64,000 nucleotides of DNA from Hormiphora californensis (GCA_020137815.1 CM035357.1:3534001-3598000), one strand, 5' to 3'. Positions 1-16,997 are shown, counted from the first letter of the stretch. Numbers and translations are program-made. The notes: a model not told the origin generated them from the sequence alone.

Positions 1-420
1 CACATTCCGGTAGACCAACACCATCTATTTTCGATCTGTCTGGGCCGGTATCAACTGGCTGTGCGACCTTTTCCACGGCTTTCTGGATCTTTTTCGATGC
101 AAACGCAGTCTTACAATTCTGTGTGACGACTGCAGAGAAAGTACGCAAATCTTTCTGTACCGTCTCGGTAACCGATTCAGTTGCTCGCCCTGAAGCTCAA
201 TAACCTGCTCTTGTAACTTGACAGTTCTTCTCAAAAGATCATCACACTCCACTTTCAACTTCTCCTCCTGCTCCTGCAACCGAGAGATTTTCTCAACAGT
301 TCATCTCGCTCCTCTTTGAGTTCATCTTGCTCCTCTTTGAGTATCATCTCAGGATTTCTCGGCAAAGATATGACGCTCAAAGTGTTTTAGAACAATAAAC
401 GTTGCAAAGCTCATTTCTTC
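1..420 (-). pseudogene. Degenerate non-LTR retrotransposon (CR1/L2-like) ORF1 fragment, coiled-coil, frameshifted
   Basis: Coiled-coil ORF 25-279. A shifted frame reads ...VVTQNCKTAFASKKIQKAVEKVAQPVDTGPDRSK..GLPE, resembling the DR.KN(L/I).(V/I).GL.E stretch of LINE ORF1 proteins. Confidence 0.4.
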
Positions 421-759
421 CAATCAGTTGCTTTAGCTCATATTTCGTGTGTACAGAGTTGATTTTAACTGATGAGGTATTTCAGCATCGTTGAAATCTG
501 GACTGCTCCTCACTTTTTTAAGACATGCCAGCGACAGAGCTCTCTCCACTTTTGGCCAGCGTCAGAATCCTCTTACAGCAAAGTCCATTCTCGTTGTTCG
601 TCTCCATTATCTTACGTTCTGCCCTTTGGGGCCGTTACATCGCCATGTTGCTGAAACTCAAATTAATTTGTTTAAAGTAGTGTTGAAAAGTTTGAAGCGC
701 GGGATAAGGCAGTGCTTTTCAACACAAACAACCAAAACTTGCCGTTTTGTGAAAATTCA

Positions 760-980
760 CGGGCGCGATTATAATCTGGGTGCCTTGCAGCCTGTTTACA
801 GGTGCGCGCTACCAAAAGAGTACACTTAGTACGACTTTTTTCAAACGGCTATAGCCACGCAACCACATGGCCAATTTGAGTAAACTAAACGTTGTCTGTT
901 AGAGAATCGATAGCCCTAAACGATAACCCCAACGGATAGCCCTAACCCGTCGCGCGTGCTAAAACTACGAATTGTTAGCC
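760..980. repeat. Dispersed non-autonomous element, AAGGCACCCAGATT-end family
   Basis: Close reverse-complement copy of ~44650-44897. End fragments of the family also occur at ~11108-11145 and ~24212-24250. Confidence 0.75.
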
Positions 981-2533
981 AGGGACGTCGCTGGGCCTTC
1001 GGCCCAGCGCGTACCTGTGCGTCCAGGGGCCTTGGGCGGTAGCCCGGGTCAGGGGGAGTGGGGGGTGACCCCCCCACAGCAGGGTCCAGGCGCAGCCCCG
1101 GCGGGGGTGTAGGGGGCAAGCCCCCGTAAGCAGGGTCCAGGGGCTGCAAGCCCCGGTGGGGGTCGAGGGGGCGAAGCCCCCGGAAAATTTTGACTTTTTT
1201 CGCGATGATTTTAACAATCAAGAGCGGTAGAAAAGTGGAAACAAGAAAGCACAACAGAAAGACGAAACGTGAAACAAAGCGTTTTTTGCAAACCGAATGA
1301 ACATGAACAACGCGCAAACTTTAAAGAATATTGCGCGGTTGTTGTTTAGCGCGTGAACTGCGCGTCACAATCTCGCGCGAAGACCCCTGTTTCAAGTAAA
1401 AAGGAGGACCGCGCCTGAACGGATTTGCAGTGAACAGCGGGCCGATGTGACAACATTTCACTTCTCGTTCTTTACTTGCTGTGATGTTGTCTGTCTTGCA
1501 TTGTGTGACCCTATCTCCCCACGCCATCTCGGTCACGCTAGGATTGTTTCTAATGACAATGAGTCATAAACCAGCAATTATAACACATTGTGCTGCCTGT
1601 TCACGAGATTTATTTAAATTAGTTAACAACTTTTAACAACCCGTTAACCAACTAATCTGCTTCAGTAGCTGCGACTTGATATGTTCTCCATTCTCCGTTC
1701 TCTTGTCCAGAATAATTGCCCACTAGCTGTTCCCGACCTCATGCTTCATCACAGATGGCAAGATTGGGGAACCTTTGATCCGAAATCCGCCGCTGCTATT
1801 CCTTGATCCTCTACAGTAGCTCTCACAACAGACAAATTATTTCAAGGTACAGTTGAAGCTAAATAACTAACATACCATCAACTGCGGTAGTTCATGATTA
1901 TACATTTACATCCAATAACTTTCCCCCAAAGTTTTACTAAATCCTATTTCAATTCAGGTAAACATTGCGACGCCTGTTATACTGGAATGTTTCACCGTGT
2001 GTGATGCCATGATCCCGATCGAGCACTGTTGGTGGAACGTGAACAAGTCCTGTGGATAAAGAACGTTATAAAGATCATTATTAGATCACAGAGGAGAGTT
2101 CTTTCCTAGCCTCGCAAGTGGCAAGCCCGATCTGAACCCCCTCACATATCTCTGTATACTTCCTAGCAGTCCATCACTTTCATTTTCCAACTCTAACTGA
2201 ATAAGAACAATTGACTGTGTCTCGATGAGGTGTTTTATTGATTAAAGAATGATCTTGTGTAATTATTTTCAAATGTAATGAATTGCTGTGTTTACATCAA
2301 TTAAAAAGGACATATTCCAGGCATGACTTTCTTAATTCTTTCCCACTATAAGTAACTCTTCCCTGCTTCCCAAATCCCATATTTCTCTGTTCCCTATCTC
2401 ACTGTTCCCTATCTTTTTCGATTGCTCGCTATCTCCCTGTCTCTCCCCCTCTCTCCATCTCTCTCCCCTTTCTTATCGCCTTGAATATGTCCTTAACGTG
2501 TTAAACATAACGGTATATTAGTGATATGCTTTA

Positions 2534-4418
2534 CCGGCTCCTTTGCACATCTATGAGCATTATAGATGAGTGCGCGCAAGCTTGTAGCAATCCTACGCGC
2601 AGTGGCCACAAGCACTGCGGGAAGGTGACTGGAGAGGTGGCACCGCGCGTTACAGCAATGCGGGGTACGATAGTGTGTCATTTGCCAAATGTGTGGTAAA
2701 CTGAGTTGGGCACCGTGACATAATGAAAGTTGATTTTACCTCTCAGTGGAGACTGCGAACTAACACTGTCCCCTATTCTCTAGGTTTTGAAAAGATTTCC
2801 CACCACTGGAGTGACTGAATGCTACGTCTGCTATTCCTAGTTCCGCCATCTTCAAGAGACAATCTGCAGAATTAGGGGATTGTAATAATATCAAATAGGT
2901 TGTACGAGAGACTGAAGGAGGTGTGGGAGGGAATTTTGTTGTGTTGGAGTTCTATTTGATAATTTCACCACCTCATACACGTGTCATTATAACGACACAC
3001 GTAACTACCCGGGGGAATCAGGAATGGGCGGGTAGTTACGTGTTTCTCGAGCGTTGCTACAGGGCTTGTTGGGTACGGAGGAACTCACCGGATGTATTGT
3101 AGAAATGTGTGGTAGTCAGATAGATCCATGAGAGTAATTCGTGTTGTGATCCACCAACTGGATATCATCGTAGTATCATCTGAAAGATGGCAGGAGGACC
3201 ACCCTGCTCAGACATATCAGCCAATGCAATGTCGTGGCTACGGGCCTCTAACAGCCGAGGTTATGGCAGGGCAGGTCACGGCTATTTCTACGTTTAGACT
3301 ACGGGATTTCCCGTATTACACTATGCGATCGTAACCTCGGCTGTGAGAGGTTGGCACAAGGACTAATGATAGTCCCCCCGTAGTTGGTTAGTTGGTAGAG
3401 GGTGAAAGAGATGTACAAGGAAACACATAGAAAGAGATATATATATATATATTGAAAAGAGTGAGACTGGCGGTTGAGGGAAGGATGGGACAGTAATAGA
3501 GGTTTAAAGAGGTAGGATATAGGTGGCAGAATATGTTTGTCTTGCCTGTTACAGCCGGGTGTGGATGATATTCTCTCTCGACTGTCTCTCTGTAGTCTGT
3601 ATACACACAACAGCCAGTGGTCCAGAATGCCCGCTTACAGTTAGTTGCAGTTCCCTAGGAGAACGTGGGGGTTAGGGGTGGGCTATTGAATTCTACGCCC
3701 AAAAAAAAATATATATACAGTGTGTCAATGTATTGTAAATTTAATACGCAGATCAATTTTGGAGGGATGAGGGGTATCAATTCAGCGGAGCAGCACAACA
3801 CAACTCTTTGACAAACTTACAGTTGCTATGTGCTTGGGTGCCATGGTCCGTTGTTTTATATGTGTTCTATTTGATATGTTGTTTGTGTGTTTCGGTGTTG
3901 ACATGATGTTGTAGATCAGTAATGCTATGAGCGTAATGGAAGTGATGTGTTAAATGGTGGGATTAACGTTAAATGGTCCTGGTAATGGGGGTACAGTCGG
4001 ACCCCGATTTAACAGCACCCTCGGAGGAAATGGTTTTGTCTGCTAAATGGGGGTGTCCGCCAAATCGGTGTCTGTCAAATAGGGTCCGAATGTATTGGGT
4101 TTGACAAATGTAAATACACGGGGAGACTTAAAATGCATGGGTATATAAAGATTGTTAAAAATATAGTGTTTGATGGAATGTAGGTCGGATGGGGGAGGGC
4201 TACAGACATCTCTGATGTGTTTGTAGTGGGGTCCTGTGATTGTAACACCAGAAAGACAGAAACTATACCATGCACTGGTACCCCGCAACACGTTATACCT
4301 CCACTGAAAGCAGGCCACTCATTCAGCTAGCTGCCACCAACTAGAGGTAACCTTGCAGTGCGTCTGGAGATAGGGGGCCAGCCATCAACACGAGGAGTAG
4401 AGGATCGGGGGGGGGGGG
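2534..4418 (+). repeat. Left terminal inverted repeat arm (~1.9 kb)
   Basis: Reverse complement of 21398-23552. The outer ~400 bp and inner ~1 kb match closely by eye; the middle part is diverged. Confidence 0.9.
3994..4092. mobile_element. Tc1/mariner-type MITE (TA|CAGTCGGACCCC family) in the left arm
   Basis: TIR CAGTCGGACCC...GGGTCCGAATG flanked by TA. Mirror copy at 21729-21828. Confidence 0.8.
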
Positions 4419-4968
4419 TGCTAGGAAGTGCTGCCCGATGCTTTAGTGAACTGAGGGAGATAGATAGGCCGTGTTAGGGTATTGCAGATTACTCCATCAA
4501 ATCACTGTTTCATACAGTTAATTTAATGCTGTGTATCACACACATACAGGTACAACCGCCTGGCGTTATAAAAAATACCCCCCAAGTCTACTTTAGTTCC
4601 AGATATCGCGGAGTGCTAAAATTCAGTACAGTTAAAGACAAATAAAAACTTGATCAGAATTTTTCCAGCACGGCAATAATTCACAGTTGCTATGGTAACT
4701 GAAGTGGTAACTATCCGGACTGACTGGTTAAAATTCATTCGAAAATACGAACATACTTCCACCTTAAAGCAAGAGTGGAACGCCGTGTTTTCTCACAAAA
4801 GAAGATAATGGATAAACGTTGAGTATTATCAAGACCATTGCTATGGTATCGAACATTTATAAGTCTGTATCGTTCATTAGTTATAATGATGTAAAAACTA
4901 ATATGTTCATTATTGTAACTTCATCCAAATTAATCTGCAGAGGTTGCAAAATCATGAAAACTACACAC

Positions 4969-7900
4969 CTGAAGAAGGACCGAGAATTATCATCGTCATC
5001 ATCATTATTGTTCTATCGATCGCCACGTTGGTAGTGGACTGTGGTACTAGGTCTTGTTGCTGGAATAATGGAAAGCGTGGAAGAGTATGCGATCTGTTAA
5101 TTGATTATACCACCCGTGCTGGGATCGTCTTTGCTTACCCAGTTCCTCTCTCACGCAGGGCCATGCGCTTAGTGTGGTGCATGATAATTTTAACCCACTT
5201 TGGCTCTTTCTAGATGAGCTAGTACGATTAACTATAGTGCTGAGAAACTTCACATAGACCCCTATTACATACAGACATTGAGAATGGCAAGTAGCTAGCT
5301 CATTCTTATTTAATTTTTTATGATGCCAACAACATACCTTAAAGAACCATTCAGTCATGTGAGTATACCACTTCGACACTGCTATTCCAGCCTCCGTTAG
5401 TCCCCCTTTGGCATAGGCAACCTTTGCCAACTTTAGAACACCCTTAACTGAAGATGGAAATTTACAAATCAGATTCTCTGGAAACTTGGTGATCAGTAGC
5501 AGTGGTCACTGGTCATCCGACATAATTGCCATATCTCGACGTGAATTCTCGTGGCATTCGACAAGAATTAGCAGGCGTTCAGATGCTGTGCTATGTTACA
5601 ACATGTGAAAGCCTGCCAGCACCCAAGATGCACGTGCATCTGAACGCCTGCTAATTCTTGTCAAATTCCACGAGAATTCACGTCGAGATATGGCAATTAT
5701 GTCGGATGACCACTGTAAGTAATTGCCAAATGGACATTATGGTCGAGCTATTCACAACTGTATAGTAAAAAGGATTGGAATTGGATCCAAAACAAATCAT
5801 AAAAATGTTTGTGAACTCAAGACAGTTTAGACGTTCTAGTTGTGAGTAGTGCGGCGGCAGATCTCCAAAAAATGTTTAATACTCCCCTGCCAAGAAGGGA
5901 CGCAGAGTGTACATAGTGCACCCTACGAAGTACGCTGTGTTTAGATTGTATTGCGTGAATAATATGAATGTATATATACATATATACACGTATATAACTT
6001 ACACATCAGCATCTGGTTAGCTTGGATTTCATTGGCCTTGTTCATTTCGTCTACCACCTCTTCTGAAAAATTCCAATATCATAATAATGATATGTGTCCT
6101 ATACATATCTACATTTAACCCTTTGGAGACGATAAGCCCCCTGTCGACAGAATTCTCTAAAACTTTCTGGAGACACTCACTTTGAACCTACTTGAACGCA
6201 GGAAAAAGAATTTTGGTTCTACCACCTGTATTTCTATTGGGTCACCTGTGACCCAATCGTCCCCTAACGCTAAAATAGGAATTGAGATTTTGCCGCTATT
6301 TTGCCCCATAACTCGAAAACCGTTCAATTTAGACCCTATGTTTGTTCATAACACTTATATAAACCCGGCCATTCTGCACAGTTTGCACACCCTATGGGCC
6401 TCTCTATCTCATCTGTAGCCGATTTTAGAATTTCAAAATTGGCCGAGATGAAAAATTTTCTGAAGGAGCACGGATCTCAAAATTTTTTTCATCGACTCCC
6501 TAAGATGTTGAGATAACAATGATGGAGTCGGTTAGTCGCTAGCAAATGTTTAAAAAATGCCGTTTTAGACTTTTATCGGGGGCCATTCCTTTAGAAATGC
6601 TCGTAAAATGCAAATTCCTGTTTTAGCATTAGGGGACGATTGGGTCACAGGTGACCCAGCACTTTGAAGGCCTCTGAGAGGCACAAAATTTGGAATATCA
6701 CCCTGAAACTTTACCCCGGGGTAAAATACACACTTTTCTTGCATTTTCCAAGTCCATTTTAAGTATACTCGTACCAATTTTGAGATATGGCCATTAAACT
6801 ACCCATTTTGCCTACCAAATGCACTGTTTTAGCCCTGTTTTCCAAAGTCGACAACTTCAGAGGCTCAAAACGACCTCAAAATGCTAGAAAAATGTATGTT
6901 TCAACCCTGGAAACGATTTAAAACTTTCAAGTATGGTCTAGAAAGACGCTATACGGGTTCAAAGTTGTGGGTCACCTATGACCCAATCGTCTCCAAAGGG
7001 TTAAAGATAACTGTGACCGTTATTAGTGGCTTACCTCTTATATCCCACATCTTCTTCTTGGATGCGTTTATTAGCTCCCGCACCGTTGCAGAGGTCCATC
7101 GTTGCTCTGAAATAAATTATGCAATGAAGAAATTGTAGTATTGAAAGGGAGAGTATGTCGGTCTTCTTTTCACCCAGAAGTTTAATTTCAGTCACTCTCA
7201 TATTTCGGCCCATTATTTATATTGGGACTCATTAATCATTTGAGCAATCCAAAGTATACGACCTCAGGGAAAAAAATTTCCCACCCGAATGAACGTTGAA
7301 TGAACGCAAAAACGGGGCTGATGGCTGATACTCGATGTATTACTATATTATATTCCAACTAGCGCACCCATTGGGTGCGCCTCAAGTAAGGGCTTTTTGA
7401 TAACCCACCCGGCTTCGCCGGGTGGTTCTTTTTGCCCCTTTCAACGGTTGCCATGGCAACTGAATTGGTAACTATGGGGAATGGCCTGTTAAAAGTCATT
7501 CGAAATATTAAGAAACTTCCACTGGAACTTCAGAAAGTGTGAATAACAGCTTTACAGCTTTCGTCATATGAAGTGTTTTATGAAGGAGCACTGTCGCTTA
7601 GATACCGCTGAACGAACGGCCACCACTTCGACGTTCATCTCCAAATTATAATAGAGATTCCCTTACACACAGTTGTGTGCAAATTGTACACATATCCACG
7701 CGTTAAAATTGGGAGGATGTTACGATTGATGGGCAAGGTTATTGTTGTGTGGTGTGTTCCTGCTTAGTCGGTGCTATAGTGATCTACTAATGAACTGCAC
7801 GTGGACATGGAACGAGGTTGAACTTGAATGAAGTGAACGAAGCCAGTCGAAATATCATGCCGTAGGTCATAATAAGTACATACCAATAGGCAGGTTTACT

Positions 7901-8791
7901 TCTTTACGTTTGTTCTTCTTCTGTTGTTTTTTGGGTGGCTCTGCTGCCTCCAAATCGTCCTCGCTGCTCCTGGCCCTATCCACCTCATTTTCCCGATCCC
8001 GAGTGTTCCTATCCATATTGACCTGGAAGAATGAATTATAAAATGTTGTGGTCGAGTCTGAAAGGGTTGCGCTTCTGGGTTATATGGCATTGGTAGTTAA
8101 CGCAACATTTCTAGATAGGCGTAAATGTAATTGTGAGAGTACCCACCGAGCTATTGCCAGCAATGCCAGTTCTCCTTTGGATGCCAAATTTCTCCTTCAC
8201 CTCCATCTCCCACATTGTCCAACCTAAGTTTGTCCCAGATCCACTAGGTTTGTTCTACAAATGGGGTCATAGTTGTAGGTGAATATGTCATAGCACTGGC
8301 AAGTGCCCCGGGCCCAAAAGGCGGGTGCGGTGGCGCAGCCCCATCCTTAAACAGGGGGTGTGGGGGCAGAGCCCCCACCTTAGAAATGCCTTCATTTACT
8401 GACGAATGCACTTATTACTAATCCAAATATTACTAATATTAGTTAATAGGTACAGTCGGACCCCGATTTACCGGGATGCTCGGGGAAAAGGGGTTTGCCC
8501 TGTAAATCGGGGTGCCCGGTATATCGGGGCAAAATATCGTCAATTTCTTATATCGGGGTAAGTTTATCCTCCCGGTAAATCGAGGTTCCGGTAAATCGGG
8601 GCCCGGTAAATCGGGGTCCGACTGTACATACATTGATCGCCTTTTGCAACACCATCAGGAAAGAAGATAGGGCCCTCAAATCCTCTATGGTGACGATGTG
8701 CCCTGACCCTCTACAGAGGTCTCGCCAGAAAGTCATGACGGTCTTCCTCCATACTTCGAGCTCCTCCTTTGAAGGTGTCTGACACCAACTC
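4969..8791 (-). CDS. Transposon-encoded protein with two MADF/Myb-SANT-like domains (spliced; 5' exons probably extend to ~9780; 3' end uncertain)
   Basis: Phase-compatible GT-AG exons 8791-8632, 8254-8147, 8022-7884, 7106-7035, 6062-6003, 5447-5338, 5209-5139, 5093-4969. Motifs: KPSGSGTNLGWTMWEM, QRWTSATVRELINASKKKMWDIR, RERGTGSHTLPRFPLF. Confidence 0.7.
5510..5712. mobile_element. Hairpin MITE in an intron
   Basis: ~77-bp near-perfect inverted arms at 5510-5586 and 5636-5712. Confidence 0.75.
6119..7000. mobile_element. Non-autonomous piggyBac-type element
   Basis: TTAA duplication (6115-6118, 7001-7004), 15-bp TIR CCCTTTGGAGACGAT, internal GGGTCACCT(G/A)TGACCCAATCGTC repeats. Intronic. 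Confidence 0.88.
7359..7425 (-). mobile_element. Helitron-like 3' end signature
   Basis: Minus strand shows GC-rich hairpins (CCACCCGGCGAAGCCGGGTGG, GCGCACCCAATGGGTGCGC) ending in CTAG|T. Adjacent 7445-7520 resembles 4685-4762. Confidence 0.4.
8453..8624. mobile_element. Tc1/mariner-type MITE (CAGTCGGACCCC family)
   Basis: Perfect TIR CAGTCGGACCCCGATTTACCGGG, TA duplication. Confidence 0.88.
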
Positions 8792-9481
8792 CTGAAACAA
8801 TGTTCTCTTTTATATCTGTAGGACTTAATTGTTGCTCTATTGGATACCCATCATCACAATTGTTACTGGTTAGATCAGGCATATCTTTTGGAAAATCGTT
8901 CTCAAATATTACGCGAAGGGTCGGAATGGGTGCATGTGTCTCCCTCTCGCGTATTTCTTTCTCTTAATCCTCTTCATCACTTAGCCCTCTACGACAACTC
9001 CCTATTATGCTACTCTCTAGCTTGCAAATCCATAAAACATTATTTACATACAAACATTTATAATGCTCCTGCTCAAACGATATGGCTATAAATTACAGAC
9101 ACCCCCTAGAGCGATTGAGATTGTTAGACCCATATACCATAGCATTTTCCCGGATCGCCCAACCACCAACGTCAGCTGGCAGTCGAAGGGTACGAGCAGC
9201 CCCTGTGTATATTACTTACAGATCGTAGGACTCCCTAGAGAGGTCTTCGAGCCATCCCTGCTCCGTAATCCTCTTAACTCGGGCCAATGTGGTTCTTGGT
9301 ATCTTTTTGAGGCCAGGGAGACCCACATCAAATACCTACAACCGATTTCATGTGTCAAATACAGTATTTTTTTTGTAGTCTCTACAAACTAGATTGTGAA
9401 GAGGTTGGTTGGTTGTCCTACCTCGTTCTCGTTCAGATAGTCATCCAGTTCGCCTATCTGCTTATCACCCAATTGGCTAAT

Positions 9482-9840
9482 CTGCAAAGGATTCCATACG
9501 TCAAATAAAGTAAATGAATAATCATGTTTTTTGTAATACTCGGTACAAACTAGATCATGCAGATGTTGGTTGGTTATCTTACATCAGTTTGTTCGTTGTT
9601 CGGCTGGCTGTCACTGTCCACTTCGCTCGGCTGCAAAGGATTCCATACGTCAAATAAAGTAAATAAATGATCATGTTTTTTGTAATACTCGGTACAAACT
9701 AGATCATGCAGATGTTGGTTGGTTATCTTACATCAGTTTGTTCGTTGTTCGGCTGGCTGTCACTGTCCATTTCGCTCGGCTGCAAAGGATTGCATACGTC
9801 AAATGAGGTAATTAAATTTTCAATTTTTTGTACTACTCGG
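9482..9840. repeat. 149-bp tandem repeat, each full unit containing an intron plus a mini-exon
   Basis: Units start at 9482, 9631 and 9780; a diverged unit lies at ~9335-9481. Confidence 0.85.
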
Positions 9841-11323
9841 CACATTTTACGCACAATTTATCACATAACAAGGTCACACAAATAAAATATAACTTTGTCC
9901 CGCTTTTAAGCTGAGAGGTGTGAAAGTATACACAGTTCACATCATCGGTTTCTTAAAGCGGTATAAACAATACTTTGAGATAGTGACATAACGTCCATAG
10001 CATTCGATGCACAGAAACGAGGAAACTAGACCATACAGAGGTTGGTCGGTTGGTCCCGGTGGCACAATGTGAGGAATCTAGGAATGGCATTCCTTCCGGC
10101 AAGTCAGCTCTGTTGACCTAAATTTCGGCAAGATTTTAGCCGGCGACCATGTTTAAATTTCAGGATAGAAACAATCCTTGTGTTTCAGTACACATTCGTA
10201 TTTTTCACAATTGTGCGAAGTTTTGGGGACACATGCCTCCATTTGGTCCTTTTAAATTAAAAATGTGGATGAAATCACCAGAGATCAGTTCTAACTTCAT
10301 TGAATCTGTATTTTAAAAAATCGGCATGCCGATTTTTCTTCCTCGAATATTCCTTAGGAATGGGGAGGGAAAGTTGACGATTTCCTGCCGGAAAATACAA
10401 AAGTTGAAATTTTCTAAATTAATCAAGTTTTAGCACTAACCCCACTAATTTTGGGACGCTGAATCACGTGAGCTACTTTTTAATCACCTCAGAGGTCAAT
10501 TAAGTGTGCTAATTGGCATAATTAACCGGTAATTAGCAACTTTTTAGAATGGGCTATTACTCATGTCATTGCCCACTATCCCCACTAATTTTTATACGCT
10601 GAATCACATGAGTTACTTTTCGAAGTTCTCCGGGGTCAATTAAAGGAGCTAATTGGTATAATTGGTCGGTAATTGGTAAAATTTAACAAGGATTGTTACA
10701 ATCGTGAAATTGAAAAATCGGCAACTTTTTTGTTATTCTCTGGCCATTCCCGGCAGCTTCAAATTGGCGTGCCACCGGGCGGTTGGTTATCTTACCTCAA
10801 AGTCGTAATCGTTCTCGCTGGTTTGCTCCTGCTCGACAGCCGATTGGCTTGTCGCCGGGCTTGAGAAACTGAATTTGTCAAAAAAGGATTGTCTCATTTT
10901 GTGAATAGAGTTGGTTGATTAAAAGTTGCAAGAATAGCGATTTTTTGAAGTTTTTAATTTTCACGAGCTGTGATATATGTTATGTGAATGTGGAAATATA
11001 AATATTTTCGAGCGCGCGGCGTAAAAAATGCAGCGCTCGGAATATACAAAAAGTTGAATTGGCCGGCCGCTCCAGAGGAAAAAAATCAATCTGGGTGTGT
11101 TTAGCGTGGGCGCGATTATAAAATTATAATCTGGGTGCCTTGAGGCCCTGCTCTCAAATGTGTGGAGAATTGGAAACAAACTAAACCGGCAAACAACGAT
11201 CCAGTTGGTTCACACTCTCGTCCATTCTCGCCTAGACTTACTGGACTCTGGAGCAACCCTCGACAAAAAGATATGAACCAGAGGGTCTGGACAGTGAGCC
11301 GATGTTGTATATTATGTATGTAA

Positions 11324-11501
11324 GGGGCGATTCAAAAAGGACGTCCAAGAATTTTGGTCATTTTCTACCCCCTCCCCCTTCTTCCCCCAGTCCAGGGCTG
11401 TCCGAATCTGGCAGACACCCTCCCTCCCCTGTCCGAGTTTCGTCCACCTATATCTCTAAAATTCAGTAAAATTTTTCTTCAAAACCTTTTTGAATCGCCC
11501 C
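11324..11501. mobile_element. Tourist-like (PIF/Harbinger) MITE
   Basis: TIR GGGGCGATTCAAAAAGG, TAA duplication (11321-11323, 11502-11504). Confidence 0.82.
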
Positions 11502-11612
11502 TAAGGGTGAATTGAAGTTGAGAGATATTTAAAGGCGAGCATTGAGAGATATTTAAAGGCGAGAAGTGCCCTACATACCAAGACATTTAAGAGTGACTTA
11601 TTTGTTTATTAA

Positions 11613-12914
11613 GGGTACACCTGGCGTTTTTCATCATCGAGTGCCCAACCAAATGACTTCACCAGGGTTTAGGCCATACAAAATGGACCTCAAATATGCA
11701 ATTTTAGCCCTAAAGTCGAATTCATATTTTTGCTACAGCCTATTTTCAAAGTGGCGTTTTTTCAATTTTTGGTGGAATTTTTAACCTCAGGACCACTTTT
11801 TTGAGATAGAAACATTAAATTCTTGGAATTTGAAGAGAATATAAAGGTAAATAAGCCCAAAGAAGGATTTTTGAAATGGAGCTAATTTATGGCCATGAGA
11901 ACGGTTTACTTTTTTGCTTCTTTGACACGCTGGCTGAGAATGTTCCCATGCTTCATTAGAGATGAAAATCGGGAAATAGTTGCTCAAAACGATTATCTAT
12001 GTGGCCCAAAAATTTTGGAACTTTCCCGTCAAAGATGTGGTGTACAGAGCTTGTTTTGTGAAACCCATCTTTTTGAAAAAGAGGGAAATTCCCTGTATCT
12101 CAAAAACGGATGATCGTAGAGACCTGCGACCAAGCTTAATCGATTCAGAAGGTCCGATTTTGGGGGGGTCTTCTGAGAGACATTTTGCTCCTACTCCAAC
12201 CGTTTTTGCTGTAATTGCGAAAAAGCTATCAGCAAGTAAGGGGGAAATCAGCCCGAAGCAGGCTACTGGAATTTAGTTGTTCCCCCTTTTCATAGAATTG
12301 GTTTTTTGCAAGTACAGCAAAAACGGTTGGAGTAGGAGCAAAATGTCTCTCAGAAGACCCCCCCAAAATCGGACCTTCTGAATCGATTAAGCTTGGTCGC
12401 AGGTCTCTACGATCATCCGTTTTTGAGATACAGGGAATCTCCCTCTTTTTCAAAAAGATGGGTTTCACAAAACAAGCTCTGTACACCACATCTTTGGTGG
12501 GAAAGTTCCAAAATTTTTGGGCCACATAGATAATCGTTTTGAGCAACTATTTCCAGATTTTCATCTCTAATGAAGCATGGGAACATTCTCAGCCAGCGTG
12601 TCAAAGAAGCAAAAAAGTAAACCGTTCTCATGGCCATAAATTAGCTCCATTTCAAAAATCCTTCTTTGGGCTTATTTACCTTTATATTCTCTTCAAATTC
12701 CAAGAATTTAATGTTTCTATCTCAAAAAAAGTGGTCCTGAGGTTAAAAATTCCACCAAAAATTGAAAAAACGCCACTTTGAAAATAGGCTGTAGCAAAAA
12801 TATGAATTCAACTTTAGGGCTAAAATTGCATATTTGAGGTCCATTTTGTATGGCCTAAACCCTGGTGAAGTCATTTGGTTGGGCACTCGATGATGAAAAA
12901 CGCCAGGTGTACCC
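11613..12914. mobile_element. Foldback element with TTAA duplication (Kolobok-like termini)
   Basis: ~610-bp near-identical inverted arms, ~80-bp spacer, TTAA|GGGTACACC...GGTGTACCC|TTAA. Confidence 0.88.
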
Positions 12915-13165
12915 TTAATGTATTATATATCGCCAGGGACGTGCGTGGTGTACCAGGAGTGGTGAATTATGCAGCCATTCTCATTGTGTCGCTCTCCCAT
13001 TATCTCCGTGTCCTAACACAATGGTTATGGTATACCCGCACACGTGTTCCCTATATTTTGTTATCCCAGCCAGATGCGTATTTCAATGTAATCGCTTCCA
13101 TTGACATCAACACTTTTTTCTACAAGTTACTCCAATTTACTAGTATCAATAGTTATCAATCTCTC

Positions 13166-16835
<3,670 letters not shown>

Positions 16836-16838
<3 letters not shown>

Positions 16839-16997
16839 TCGGACCCCAATTTACCGGGCCCCGATTTGCCGGAACCCCGATTTACCGGGAGCATAAAGTT
16901 CCCCCTATATGAAAAAATAACCGTAATTAAACCCGATATACCGGGCAAAAACACTTTCCCCCAGCCTCCCGACTCCCGGTACATCGGGGTCCGACTG
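16836..16997. mobile_element. Tc1/mariner-type MITE (CAGTCGGACCCC family)
   Basis: TAGTCGGACCCC...GGGGTCCGACTG|TA. Confidence 0.8.

Noticed and set aside
916-1317. Pro/Gly-rich ORFs
   Set aside because: Derived from GC-rich GGGGC..GCCCC hairpin repeats, also seen at 8305-8380; no coding evidence.
11787-12781. Mirror-image ORF pairs here and at 49071-49868
   Set aside because: By-products of foldback symmetry, with no recognisable protein motifs.
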